From Flavobacteriales bacterium (GTDB lineage: Bacteria > Bacteroidota > Bacteroidia > Flavobacteriales > BACL11): a DNA stretch of 64,000 bases. The notes under the pieces are model-generated. The model was not told the DNA's origin and ran no database searches. It saw only the letters and a program-made list of their open reading frames with translations. The DNA lies in NCBI GenBank assembly GCA_018647945.1, contig JABGSE010000083.1:2638-66637 (forward strand), written 5' to 3'. A program made the position numbers and the translations under genes. This document shows, piece by piece, positions 1 to 9,500 of this stretch; the stretch's first letter is position 1; each line of letters starts with the position of its first letter.

Positions 1-758
1 CATCCCATGGTGTCAGTAATTTCTACACTATATGTTCCTGGGTATAAATTATTAATCTGACTAGCATCTTCATCTATTTCAACAATATCATTTCCCCATC
101 TAAAAGTATAAGGTGAGGTCCCATTTTCAATAAAAACCCTTACATTCCCACTATTATCATCTTTACAAATCACTCCTTCTGCGGACATATATGATTCCAT
201 GGACTGAACAGTATTGATGGTAATCCACTGATTCCTTTGGCATCCATTTTCGTCTATTATGTTAAAAGTGTAGGGGGTAAGGGACGGAGCTATATTTGTA
301 GTATTTCGGGCAGTATCTCCTGTTTGTACCCAAAGTGTAGAATAAGGAGGAGTTCCTCCATAAATATAAGTCATCACATCTGCCGAATCATTTTCCGAAC
401 ACATGTTTTTTAATGTAAACACTGCCGTTATTTGGATAGTTTGTTCAATTTTCAGGGTATCAACTAACTTACAAATAATTGCAGATGAAGTATCTCCAGG
501 AATCAAATTTTCCATAATTGTAAGTACATAACTTCCCTCCTGCAAAGATGTTAAAATAGTAGATGAGGAGGTAGTGCCATTAGGTAAATTCCACCAAAAA
601 GTTGAATTGGAATTTGTAATACTTACCTCTATTTCTCCTGTATTATCTCCATAACAATCAATATGAGTAAAGTTGAGTAAGTTGTAACTGCATTGGGCTT
701 GTACCTGAAAACTTCCAATAAATAGCGTCCCAATTAGTAGTAAAGTGTTTTTTCTCAT
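1..758 (-). CDS. SprB-repeat cell-surface (gliding-adhesin-like) protein, N-terminal ~252 aa only; ORF runs off the window start
   Basis: ATG at 758-756; absent from the ORF track because there is no stop in the window. My translation MRKNTLLLIGTLFIGSFQVQA|QCSYN... has a signal peptide. It is followed by repeated units (CYGDNTGEIEV, GGTPPYSTLW, CKDDNSGNVRV...GTSPYTFRW) typical of SprB repeats. Confidence 0.6.
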   Translation of the reverse strand, partial: MRKNTLLLIGTLFIGSFQVQAQCSYNLLNFTHIDCYGDNTGEIEVSITNSNSTFWWNLPNGTTSSSTILTSLQEGSYVLTIMENLIPGDTSSAIICKLVDTLKIEQTIQITAVFTLKNMCSENDSADVMTYIYGGTPPYSTLWVQTGDTARNTTNIAPSLTPYTFNIIDENGCQRNQWITINTVQSMESYMSAEGVICKDDNSGNVRVFIENGTSPYTFRWGNDIVEIDEDASQINNLYPGTYSVEITDTMG

Positions 759-762
759 CTTG

Positions 763-770
763 CAAATATA
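763..770 (-). promoter_or_regulatory. Bacteroidota -7 promoter box (TAnnTTTG) for the SprB-repeat gene
   Basis: Reverse complement of 763-770 is TATATTTG. Only 4 nt (CAAG) separate it from the ATG at 758. Confidence 0.4.
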
Positions 771-800
771 ATAAAAAAAGCCGTTTTAATAAACGGCTTT
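771..800 (-). terminator. Rho-independent terminator downstream of tRNA-Cys
   Basis: Minus strand reads AAAGCCGTTT-ATTA-AAACGGCTTT, a perfect 10-bp stem with a 4-nt loop, followed by TTTTAT. It lies 9 nt after the tRNA 3' end. Confidence 0.75.
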
Positions 801-809
801 CTTCTGTTG

Positions 810-880
810 AGGTATCGAGCGGATTCGAACCGCTGTAGATGGTGTTGCAGACCACTGCCTAGCCACTCGGCCACGATACC
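810..880 (-). tRNA. tRNA-Cys (anticodon GCA)
   Basis: Minus strand GGTATCG-TG-GCCGAGTGGCTAGGC-A-GTGGT-CTGCAAC-ACCAT-CTAC-AGCGG-TTCGAAT-CCGCT-CGATACC folds as a cloverleaf. The anticodon loop is CU-GCA-AC and the T-loop is canonical. Confidence 0.85.
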
Positions 881-895
881 TTATTTTTCGGAACA

Positions 896-903
896 CAAAT
901 ATA
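896..903 (-). promoter_or_regulatory. -7 promoter box for tRNA-Cys
   Basis: Reverse complement is TATATTTG, 15 nt upstream of the tRNA 5' end. Confidence 0.45.
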
Positions 904-929
904 AGAAATAACTTTCTATCTGAAAAAGA

Positions 930-1493
930 TTATCTCTTATTATAATCGTTCATTGTTCTACTAATTCCAAGCGTACAAAAAGCTTTAATCATATCTGTAG
1001 AATGTGCAATTTGATTATCTAAAGTCTCTAATTCTTCCATATTCCATTCTCCTAAAACATAATCAGATTGTCTTCCTTTGGAAAATTCAGCTCCAATCCC
1101 AAATTTTATTCTTGGAAAAATAGTAGATTGCAATACTGCAATAATATCCTTCAGTCCGTTATGACCACCATCACTACCTTTCTCTCTCATCCTAATTTTT
1201 CCGAAAGGAAGAGAAAGATCATCAGTAATTACCAAAATATTTTCAGTAGATATTTTTTCTTTCTGCATCCAATAATTAACGGCTTTTCCACTCAAATTCA
1301 TAAAGGTATTTGGTTTTATAAGAACCAAATTTCTTCCTTTAAATCTTAAGTTTGTAACATCTGCATATCGGTCGGCAGTAAAAGAAATATTGGATAAACT
1401 CGCAAGCTTATCCAACACCTTAAATCCTATATTGTGCCGACTGTTTTCATAGTCCGCTCCAGGGTTACCTAATCCAATGATTAAGTACTTCAT
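930..1493 (-). CDS. pth: peptidyl-tRNA hydrolase
   Basis: N-terminus MKYLIIGLGNPGADYENSRHNIGF and the GGHNGLKD motif are Pth hallmarks; 187 aa. Confidence 0.95.
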   Translation of the reverse strand: MKYLIIGLGNPGADYENSRHNIGFKVLDKLASLSNISFTADRYADVTNLRFKGRNLVLIKPNTFMNLSGKAVNYWMQKEKISTENILVITDDLSLPFGKIRMREKGSDGGHNGLKDIIAVLQSTIFPRIKFGIGAEFSKGRQSDYVLGEWNMEELETLDNQIAHSTDMIKAFCTLGISRTMNDYNKR

Positions 1494-1495
1494 TA

Positions 1496-2233
1496 TTACT
1501 CAGCAGTTGGAGAGTCTCCACCTTCATCAGGAGATTCCTGTTTCTTTTCAGCTCCTTCTTTTTTATCTTCAGTTTCTTCTCCACCTTCAGCTGCTTTATC
1601 AGTATCTTCTTTATCTCGTTCTTCTTGAGACATTGCAGCTCTTCTTTCTTCTTCTTCTTCCTCTGCCTCTGCAAGCTCATCTTCAATAGCAGCTCTTGCA
1701 GTTTTAACACCAACAACAACCGAATTGTCTGGAGCTAAGAACTCACATCCATCTACATTCAAATCTTTAATGTAAACAAATTGTCCAATGTTCAAAGATT
1801 CAATATCAATTTCAATAGCATCTGGCAAGTTAGTTGCCAAACCTCTAGTGATAATTTTTCTTCTTCTGAACATTAAGTTTCCACCATTTCTTACTCCAAT
1901 TGCAAGTCCGTTTAGGATTACAGGAACAGAAACAGTTACATCTTTGTCATCAAATACTTCTAAAAAATCAATATGAAGAATTTTATCCGTAACTGGATGG
2001 AACTGAATATCTTTCATGATGGCTTTTTTTACTTCTCCATCAACATTAAGTTCTACAATAAATACATCTGGAGTATACACGAGTTTTCTAAAGTCATTTT
2101 CATGAGTATAGAAACACACTTGCTTTTCTCCCCCGTAAAGTACACATGGTACATTACCCTGATTTCTTAGCGCGCGAGTGTTAGTTTTACCAACATCTTG
2201 TCTTTCTTTCACGCTAATTGCTAGTGATTTCAT
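1496..2233 (-). CDS. rplY: 50S ribosomal protein L25 / general stress protein Ctc, with a ~65-aa acidic C-terminal tail
   Basis: L25/Ctc N-domain (RALRNQGNVPCVLYGG) and conserved pth-ctc-prs synteny. The tail is AAIEDELAEAEEEEEE...DSPTAE. Confidence 0.9.
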   Translation of the reverse strand: MKSLAISVKERQDVGKTNTRALRNQGNVPCVLYGGEKQVCFYTHENDFRKLVYTPDVFIVELNVDGEVKKAIMKDIQFHPVTDKILHIDFLEVFDDKDVTVSVPVILNGLAIGVRNGGNLMFRRRKIITRGLATNLPDAIEIDIESLNIGQFVYIKDLNVDGCEFLAPDNSVVVGVKTARAAIEDELAEAEEEEEERRAAMSQEERDKEDTDKAAEGGEETEDKKEGAEKKQESPDEGGDSPTAE

Positions 2234-2266
2234 TTTTAAATTTGTTTTTGTTTATAATTAATTGTT

Positions 2267-3217
2267 TTACTGATTGCTTTTCCAAGTAGCAGAAATTGAT
2301 TCATTATGTACTACAGATTTTATTGTTCGTGCAAAAAATGGAGCTACAGAAATCTCTCTTACTTTTTTACTTTTATGTTCTTTTGGAATTGTATTCGTTA
2401 TTACTAACTCTGCAATTTCTGAATTGTCTAATTTTTGATATGCATCTTTCGAAAGAACTCCATGAGTACAATAGGATCTTACTGAAGTTGCCCCTTGCTG
2501 AATCATTAAATCAGCAGATTTAGTTAAAGTTCCAGCTGTATCTACCATGTCATCAATAATTACAACATCTTTTCCTTTAACATCTCCAAGTACTTTCATC
2601 TCCCCAATTTCATTTGATTTTTTACGCTCTTTATAACAAATAACAACTCCTGAATTTAGTAATTTACCGTAAGCATTTGCTCTTTTAGATCCTCCCATAT
2701 CTGGAGATGCAATAACTAAATTAGGTAAATTAAGATTTATGATATCTTCAATAAAAAGTTCGGAAGCGTATAAATGATCCACAGGAACCTCAAAAAATCC
2801 TTGAATTTGATCGGCATGTAAATCAATTGTCATTATTCTATCGACACCAGCAGCCGAAAGTAGATTGGCTACTAATTTAGCTCCTATCGGAACTCTTGGT
2901 TTTCCTTTTTTGTCCTGCCGAGCATAACCAAAATAAGGCATTACTGCAATTATGTTGGCTGCTGATGCTCTTTTTGCAGCATCAATCATAAGTAATAATT
3001 CCATTAAATTATCAGAAGGTGGCGTAGTAGATTGTATTAAAAACACATCTGCCCCACGCACAGTTTCATCAAAAGAAGGTTCGAACTCTCCATCAGAAAA
3101 CTCTACTATTGAAGAAGCATTTAGTTCTACACCAAATGAGTTTGCTATTTCTTTAGCTAACTCTTTTGTATTACTTCCTGCAAAAAATTTAATCGGTTTA
3201 TCCATTGTTTTCCTCAT
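2267..3217 (-). CDS. prs: ribose-phosphate pyrophosphokinase
   Basis: Motifs [11 protein letters not shown] and the PRPP loop [13 protein letters not shown]. Alternative start at M5 (3205). Confidence 0.95.
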   Translation of the reverse strand: MRKTMDKPIKFFAGSNTKELAKEIANSFGVELNASSIVEFSDGEFEPSFDETVRGADVFLIQSTTPPSDNLMELLLMIDAAKRASAANIIAVMPYFGYARQDKKGKPRVPIGAKLVANLLSAAGVDRIMTIDLHADQIQGFFEVPVDHLYASELFIEDIINLNLPNLVIASPDMGGSKRANAYGKLLNSGVVICYKERKKSNEIGEMKVLGDVKGKDVVIIDDMVDTAGTLTKSADLMIQQGATSVRSYCTHGVLSKDAYQKLDNSEIAELVITNTIPKEHKSKKVREISVAPFFARTIKSVVHNESISATWKSNQ

Positions 3218-3230
3218 TTAAAAAGGGGTG

Positions 3231-3238
3231 CAAATATA
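3231..3238 (-). promoter_or_regulatory. -7 promoter box for prs
   Basis: Reverse complement is TATATTTG, 13 nt upstream of the ATG at 3217. Confidence 0.45.
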
Positions 3239-3297
3239 GAAAATTATCTGATAAAAATTATTTTTATTATAAATCTATTTTATGATGATATATATGT

Positions 3298-3305
3298 TAT
3301 TTTTG
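3298..3305 (+). promoter_or_regulatory. -7 promoter box for tRNA-Leu
   Basis: TATTTTTG, 18 nt upstream of the tRNA 5' end. Confidence 0.45.
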
Positions 3306-3323
3306 CGGGACCAAAAAAGAAAT

Positions 3324-3405
3324 GCCCAGGTGGCGGAATTGGTAGACGCGTTGGTCTCAAACACCAATGGTGCAAACCGTGCCGGTTCGAGCCCGGCTCT
3401 GGGTA
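3324..3405 (+). tRNA. tRNA-Leu (anticodon CAA), long variable arm
   Basis: GCCCAGG-TG-GCGGAATTGGTAGACGC-G-TTGGT-CTCAAAC-ACCAA, then a variable arm, then GCCGG-TTCGAGC-CCGGC-TCTGGGT-A. This is a class II tRNA architecture. Confidence 0.85.
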
Positions 3406-3412
3406 CAAAAAG

Positions 3413-3438
3413 CTCTCCTTTTTAGGAGGGTTTTTTTT
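3413..3438 (+). terminator. Rho-independent terminator after tRNA-Leu
   Basis: CTCTCCT-TTTT-AGGAGGG stem-loop followed by T8. Confidence 0.7.
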
Positions 3439-3445
3439 ATTTTAT

Positions 3446-3453
3446 TATGTTTG
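3446..3453 (+). promoter_or_regulatory. -7 promoter box for purT (near-leaderless geometry)
   Basis: TATGTTTG, then 4 nt (CATC), then the ATG at 3458. Confidence 0.45.
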
Positions 3454-3457
3454 CATC

Positions 3458-4624
3458 ATGAGAAAAAAGATATTGTTATTAGGTTCAGGAGAATTAGGAA
3501 AAGAAGTGGTAATTGCTATGCAAAGGTTAGGACAATATGTAATTGCGGTAGATAATTATGAAAATGCACCCGCTATGCAAGTAGCTCACGAATTTGAAGT
3601 AATAAATATGTTGGATGGAGATGAACTAGATAGAATAGTAGCCAAACACAATCCTGATTTTATAGTACCAGAAGTAGAGAGTATCCGTACCGAGCGTTTT
3701 TACGATTATGAAAAGCAGGGTTTTACCGTAATTCCATCTGCAAAGGCGGCTAACTTTACCATGAACAGAAAAGCAATTCGTGATTTGGCTGCTGTAGATT
3801 TAGGAGTAAAAACTGCAAAATATAAATATGCTACTTCCTTTGACCAGCTGAAAGAAGGAGTGAAATTTACCGGAATGCCTTGTGTAGTAAAACCTTTAAT
3901 GTCCTCTTCCGGAAAGGGACAATCAGTAATAAAAACGGAATCCGATATTAAAAAAGCATGGGACTATGCTTTAGAAGGGTCTAGAGGAGATTTGATGGAA
4001 GTAATAGTAGAAGCATTTATTGATTTTGATTATGAAATAACACTTTTGACCCTCACCCAAAATAATGGAAATACACTTTTTTGCCCTCCAATAGGACACA
4101 GGCAAGAAAGAGGAGATTACCAAGAAAGTTGGCAGCCAATGACTATGGAAGATGCACATTTGAAAGAATCTGAAGAAATAGCCGATAAAGTAACCAAAGC
4201 ACTTGGTGGTAGTGGAATTTGGGGTGTGGAGTTTTTTATTGGAAAAGATGGAGTTTATTTTTCTGAACTCTCACCAAGACCACACGATACGGGAATGGTA
4301 ACCTTAGCTGGAACACAAAATTTTACAGAATTTGAATTACATGCCCGTGCTATTTTAGGAATTCCTGTTTCAGATATTCCATTGGTTAGAAATGGAGCAT
4401 CTGCTGTTGTGTTAGCAGAAAATGAAAGTAATAATTTTCCTACTTTTACAGGATTAGAAGAAGCTGCAAAATTTAAGAATACCGATTTTAAGATTTTTGG
4501 GAAACCAACTACAAGAAAGTACAGAAGAATGGCAGTTGCTTTAGCTTATGGAAAGAAAAGCACTAAAGAATTAGTAGAGAAAGCAAAGGAGGTAGCTAAA
4601 AAAATACAGTTAGATGTTAGTTAA
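3458..4624 (+). CDS. purT: formate-dependent phosphoribosylglycinamide formyltransferase (GAR transformylase 2)
   Basis: N-terminus [17 protein letters not shown]-grasp body and the PurT-typical C-terminus (RRMAVALA); 388 aa. Confidence 0.9.
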   Translation: MRKKILLLGSGELGKEVVIAMQRLGQYVIAVDNYENAPAMQVAHEFEVINMLDGDELDRIVAKHNPDFIVPEVESIRTERFYDYEKQGFTVIPSAKAANFTMNRKAIRDLAAVDLGVKTAKYKYATSFDQLKEGVKFTGMPCVVKPLMSSSGKGQSVIKTESDIKKAWDYALEGSRGDLMEVIVEAFIDFDYEITLLTLTQNNGNTLFCPPIGHRQERGDYQESWQPMTMEDAHLKESEEIADKVTKALGGSGIWGVEFFIGKDGVYFSELSPRPHDTGMVTLAGTQNFTEFELHARAILGIPVSDIPLVRNGASAVVLAENESNNFPTFTGLEEAAKFKNTDFKIFGKPTTRKYRRMAVALAYGKKSTKELVEKAKEVAKKIQLDVS

Positions 4625-4651
4625 AGCTATAAATATATTATGCTAATATGG

Positions 4652-6565
4652 TTATTTTTTATTTACCCAATCTCCATGTTCTTTTATAAGGTCAATTAAG
4701 GCAGTTACGGCTTCCTTTTCTGGAATATTTTTCTCTACCACAGTTTGTTCTTTATACAAAGTGATTTTTCCTTTTCCAGTACCTACATAACCGTAATCGG
4801 CATCAGCCATTTCACCCGGTCCGTTTACAATACATCCCATAATACCAATTTTTAGTCCTTTCAAATGACTGGTTTCTTTTCGGATTTTTGCAGTAGTTTC
4901 TTGCAAATCAAAAAGGGTTCTCCCACAACTAGGACAAGAAATATATTCAGTTTTAGAAATTCTTGTTCTACTCGCTTGCAGGATTCCAAATGCTAAAGAA
5001 TTTACAGATTGGTAGGAGCCGCAATTTTCTGCAGCAATAAATATCCCATCTCCTAATCCATCTAAAAGTAGTGATCCAAAATCAGAACTAGCAGAAAGTT
5101 GTAATTGATCTTCTGTCAAATCTCCATATGCTCTACCAATAATAACAGGAGTTTTTACTTTCGTTTTCATCAGCTCAGTAAAAAGTTTTCTTTGCTCGGC
5201 CACTCCATTTTCATTGTAAGTATCTATCATCAAAACAGATGTTTTGTCTGTTTTTAGTTTACTGTAAAATTCCTCGCTCAAATCAGAAATACAAACATAA
5301 ACTACATTTAGCTTATCCGAAATTTCCTCCTCATCCAAATAATCATTTATCGTTAAAAAAGGATATCCCTTTTTGTGTTCTTTCCATTTTTTAAAATTAT
5401 AAATTACACTTAAAGTTCCTGGAACTTCAAAATCCACATCATGGTTACCTACAAAAACATAGTCGGCCGCCATATCCGAAATGTGCCACTTATCCAAAGG
5501 AACAGAATAGTTGTATCCCAATGCGAAAAAAGATGCTGGGGTGATTTTTTGTTTTAAGCAAAAATCTGCCATTACTACCGGAACATTACTTCCTCCAATA
5601 TTTAAAACCTCAACAGTTTCCCTTTTTACATAATCAAAAGAATGAAGTGGATTTTCTGTAATTTCTTCTATTTTTTCGTGATCTTCTATTCCCTCAAAAT
5701 GGGATAATAGTTGCTCGGCAACTGGCATTTCAAATTCTGGTACTTCCGTTAAAGAAACCCTTATTGTATCGCCTAATCCATCCGCTAAAAGCGTTCCAAT
5801 CCCCACTGCTGATTTTATTCTTCCATCTTCCCCTTCTCCCGCTTCTGTTACTCCCAAATGAAGTGGATAATTCATCCCTTCTTTTATCATTTCCGATACC
5901 AACATTCGGTAGGCTTGTACCATTACTCTAGTATTGGACGCCTTCATGGAGAGGATAATTTCATGATAATCTTCATCTCGGCAAATACGCAAAAATTCCA
6001 TTGCCGATTCTACCATTCCTTTTGGAGTATCTCCATATCGACTCAAAATCCTATCCGAAAGTGAACCGTGATTTGTGCCAATACGCATAGCCGTTCCGTA
6101 CTCTTTACAAATTTTTACAAGAGGGGTGAACTTTTCTCTAATTCGTATTAACTCATTAGCATAGGTTTCATCTGTATATTCTATGTTTTCAAACTTCTTT
6201 TTGTCGGCATAGTTACCAGGATTTACCCTTACTTTTTCTACTATAGTAGCCGCAATTTCTGCTGCATTTGGGGTGTAATGAATATCGGCAACAATAGGAA
6301 TATTGTAGCCTCTTTTTGAGAGTTCCTCTTTTATGTTTTTTAGATTATGAGCTTCCTTTTTACTTGGTGCGGTTATACGCAGCAATTGGCAACCTGCTTC
6401 TATCATTCTGATGGATTCTTCTACCGTAGCAATAGTGTCCATAGTGTCGGTAGTGGTCATGGACTGTATTCGGACAGGGTTATCCCCTCCAAAAATTAAA
6501 TTTCCTACTTTTACTTCCCGTGTTTTAAATCGTGAGAATTGAGTTAATGAATTGCAATATTTCAT
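4652..6565 (-). CDS. ispG: 4-hydroxy-3-methylbut-2-en-1-yl diphosphate synthase, long form with inserted domain
   Basis: GcpE TIM-barrel N-domain and Fe-S motifs CPSCGRT and GCIVNGPGE. At 637 aa it matches the long (insert-containing) type. Confidence 0.9.
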   Translation of the reverse strand: MKYCNSLTQFSRFKTREVKVGNLIFGGDNPVRIQSMTTTDTMDTIATVEESIRMIEAGCQLLRITAPSKKEAHNLKNIKEELSKRGYNIPIVADIHYTPNAAEIAATIVEKVRVNPGNYADKKKFENIEYTDETYANELIRIREKFTPLVKICKEYGTAMRIGTNHGSLSDRILSRYGDTPKGMVESAMEFLRICRDEDYHEIILSMKASNTRVMVQAYRMLVSEMIKEGMNYPLHLGVTEAGEGEDGRIKSAVGIGTLLADGLGDTIRVSLTEVPEFEMPVAEQLLSHFEGIEDHEKIEEITENPLHSFDYVKRETVEVLNIGGSNVPVVMADFCLKQKITPASFFALGYNYSVPLDKWHISDMAADYVFVGNHDVDFEVPGTLSVIYNFKKWKEHKKGYPFLTINDYLDEEEISDKLNVVYVCISDLSEEFYSKLKTDKTSVLMIDTYNENGVAEQRKLFTELMKTKVKTPVIIGRAYGDLTEDQLQLSASSDFGSLLLDGLGDGIFIAAENCGSYQSVNSLAFGILQASRTRISKTEYISCPSCGRTLFDLQETTAKIRKETSHLKGLKIGIMGCIVNGPGEMADADYGYVGTGKGKITLYKEQTVVEKNIPEKEAVTALIDLIKEHGDWVNKK

Positions 6566-9500
6566 TTATTGTTTTACTATTTTTCGGATGATTTTTCCAT
6601 CATCTATTTTTATAAAATAAATTCCTTTTGCCAAGGATTTAATATTTATTTTTTGAGAATTCGAATTTTTATTTATCACTTCTGATAGTACAACTTTTCC
6701 TAAATTATCTGTAATCACTAATTCGGAAAAGTTAGATAAATCACCATTTATAATAAGATGATTAGTTGCAGGATTTGGATAAATAGTAAGATTATAATCC
6801 TGATTATCTACAGAAGAAATAGCTTGTTCTACCATAAATTCATATTGCAAATATTTACCAAAATCCAACTCAAAGTCGTCCTTAATCCAACTAGCTCCAA
6901 TTTCCCTGAATCTGACCATTCCCGCTCCATCATTATTATTCCAAAATTCTAAACCATCATCATCCGCATCATTAATAACAAATGTATAACATCTCCCATC
7001 AAAAGAAAGGGTATCCCTATATTGATTATTGGCATAAAGTGTACCAGAAGAATAAACAACATTATCATTATTGTCTAAAAATTTCCATGTCGTTTCCGAC
7101 TCTTGAGTAAATGCATTTACCATACCATTATTTGTCCCAAACCACAATGCAAATACAGAAGGCATAATTTCTGGCAACTCAAAAGTAGAACTAATATTAT
7201 TGTTAAATGAGTATCCATCAGCCAATCCATTCGGATTAGAAATCTCAGTATAAAATACATTGTTTGATGAATTAGTATCGATCCAAAGTGAAGAAGGGTC
7301 TGGGAGAGAAACAGTTTCCTTTTCTAAGAAATTAAGATTTCCAGTCCAAGTAAAAGTTTCTTTATCGGGAGAATTGTTAATCCAATATTCAATTGTAAGA
7401 GAGGTTAAAACATCCGAACCCGTATTTTGAATTACAACTTCTGGTTTGGAACACATTGGATTTTTCCGAATATAATTCACCTTATTTGTTGGAGATAAAA
7501 CATCCACAATAGCAGCGTCCAAAGTAAAATTCGGACTTCCATAACTTACTAACTGAGAACTTGTCCAATATTTTGTTGTACCCGAACCACCTAAAACATT
7601 ATAGTCAAAAATATGAGATTGCCCTGGGGTTACCAAAAATGAGATATCATCTTCTCGTAAATCTGTTGGCTGACCAGGGCACCAACCTGCTCTGTCGTAA
7701 ATCCAAGTTCCTCCTTGAGGGAAAATAGGATTATCAGCACATTCTGTCCAAACTTGCCAACTATAATCTACCGTTCCTCCGTCTATATTCAAAGTATGGG
7801 TTTGGGGAATAAACTCCCCTTCCTGACCATGTCCTGTAATTACAGTTCTTACTTTAAAAGCATCTGCATTTAATAACAGATTATGCGTTCTTGGTTCATA
7901 AGCATCATTATTCTGAATTTGCGTATAATTTTTGGATTGTACTTTCCAGATATTTTGCATTTCCAACACATCTCTTGGAGGAGTTCCGACAATAAAAAGA
8001 AATTTAATATCCATATCTTCTTGCCATTGCCCTCCAGCATCCATTGTAATTCGTTTGTTTCCATTAAAAACCGGAGCGTAATCTGTAACATCAAAATACC
8101 ATGTTTTTCCATCTACACCTAAATCCAAATAAGCACCATAAGGAGTAACAAAAGACATAATCTGAAAAGCCATAGGATACCTTTTGTAATAAGGTAAATC
8201 TGTAATATTTATAGTCCCATCAATTGTTGTAGCTACAGAAGAAATCTGATTTCCAAATGCATCATAAGTATAAGAAACCGCTTCCCAATAAGTATTGGTG
8301 GAAAGTGTAATAATATCATCATTTAATAATGTTCCCCAATTTGGATCAATTGCATATTCGTTTACCGTATTTGCCGCTGCCATTACCGAATCCAAAATAG
8401 TGTCGGTAGAAATTGTAAGGTTATAAATTCCCTGATAAAAATCAATATTTGGTCTGGAGTTTGTTTCTGTAAAAAATTGATTTATATTGTCTCCTCTATC
8501 AGAATTCCAATTTACATTTCCAGAAAAAGTTGCAATTTGTTGGTTTGCAGTATTATCCAATGAAGTAGTACCCACGCCCTCATCCAATGGGTAATGAGCT
8601 AATAAATTAGCGTAATCTGGATGAGAATTATCAATTCTTTTGTTCATCCAGTCCAAAATTGTGCTTATAGAAAGTTCTATGTTAAATACCCTTACTTCCT
8701 TTATTTTTCCATCCCAGAAATAACCATTGGCATTTCCTTGGCTGGCAAGCTTTAGCGTTGCAATATCCATTGTTCTATTCATCCCTGTTCCAGAATGCCA
8801 CAATACTCCATTTCTGAAAATATTCATTTCACCAGTTGTAGCGTTCTTAGTAAATGCCCAATGACTCCAATCCGCAGTGTATTCATTCAGATTTGCAGCT
8901 TTGTCTATTCTGTCGTAAGATGAAGTACCGCTATTTCCGCAATCCCAATACATCCTTCCATTACTCCATGGAAAATGAATATTTACCGTTCTGCTTCCAC
9001 TTGCATCATAAGCTTCAAATATTGTTGTGTTTTGTGGGAGAACATTTTCATTTCCATTTATCCAAAATGAAACCGTAATTTCATCAGAAATAGAACCTAA
9101 AGCTGTTGTAGGTAAATCAATACTTTCAGCCGAATGTACTGTAATATGATGTGCATCTGAAGAATTTAAACCCATAATATCGGATGTCCATTCTCCCTGA
9201 ATTAATGTAGTTGTTCCGGAAGTAGAATTTGTAAATGAAAACTCTACAATAACATTAGAAACAGAATCCCAAACAAAAGGATTTGTAAACTGAAATTTAT
9301 TTATCCCATTTTGTAACACAGTATTGGAATTGTATACTTCTGTAAACCCAGAAATGTGAGGACTGTTAGCAGATAAAACAGTATCCGTTGTGAGTTTTAA
9401 TTTAATTGAAAGAAAATTTACTCCTTGGGTTCCGCTCAAAATATTTAATGAAAGTGCATTTATGGTATCGTTAATAAGCCCCAAAACGGCAAGTTCATCC

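Noticed and set aside
658-855. 65-aa minus-strand ORF in the track
   Set aside because: It spans tRNA-Cys, its terminator and the promoter and start of the SprB-repeat gene. It is explained by those features, not by coding.
1465-1719. K-rich 84-aa ORF, and the 70-aa plus-strand ORF at 1477..1689
   Set aside because: These are alternate-frame or antisense readings of the GAA/CTT-rich DNA encoding the acidic Ctc tail. They are low-complexity artefacts.
3367-3555. 62-aa plus-strand ORF
   Set aside because: It starts inside tRNA-Leu, runs through its terminator and is out of frame with purT. It is spurious.
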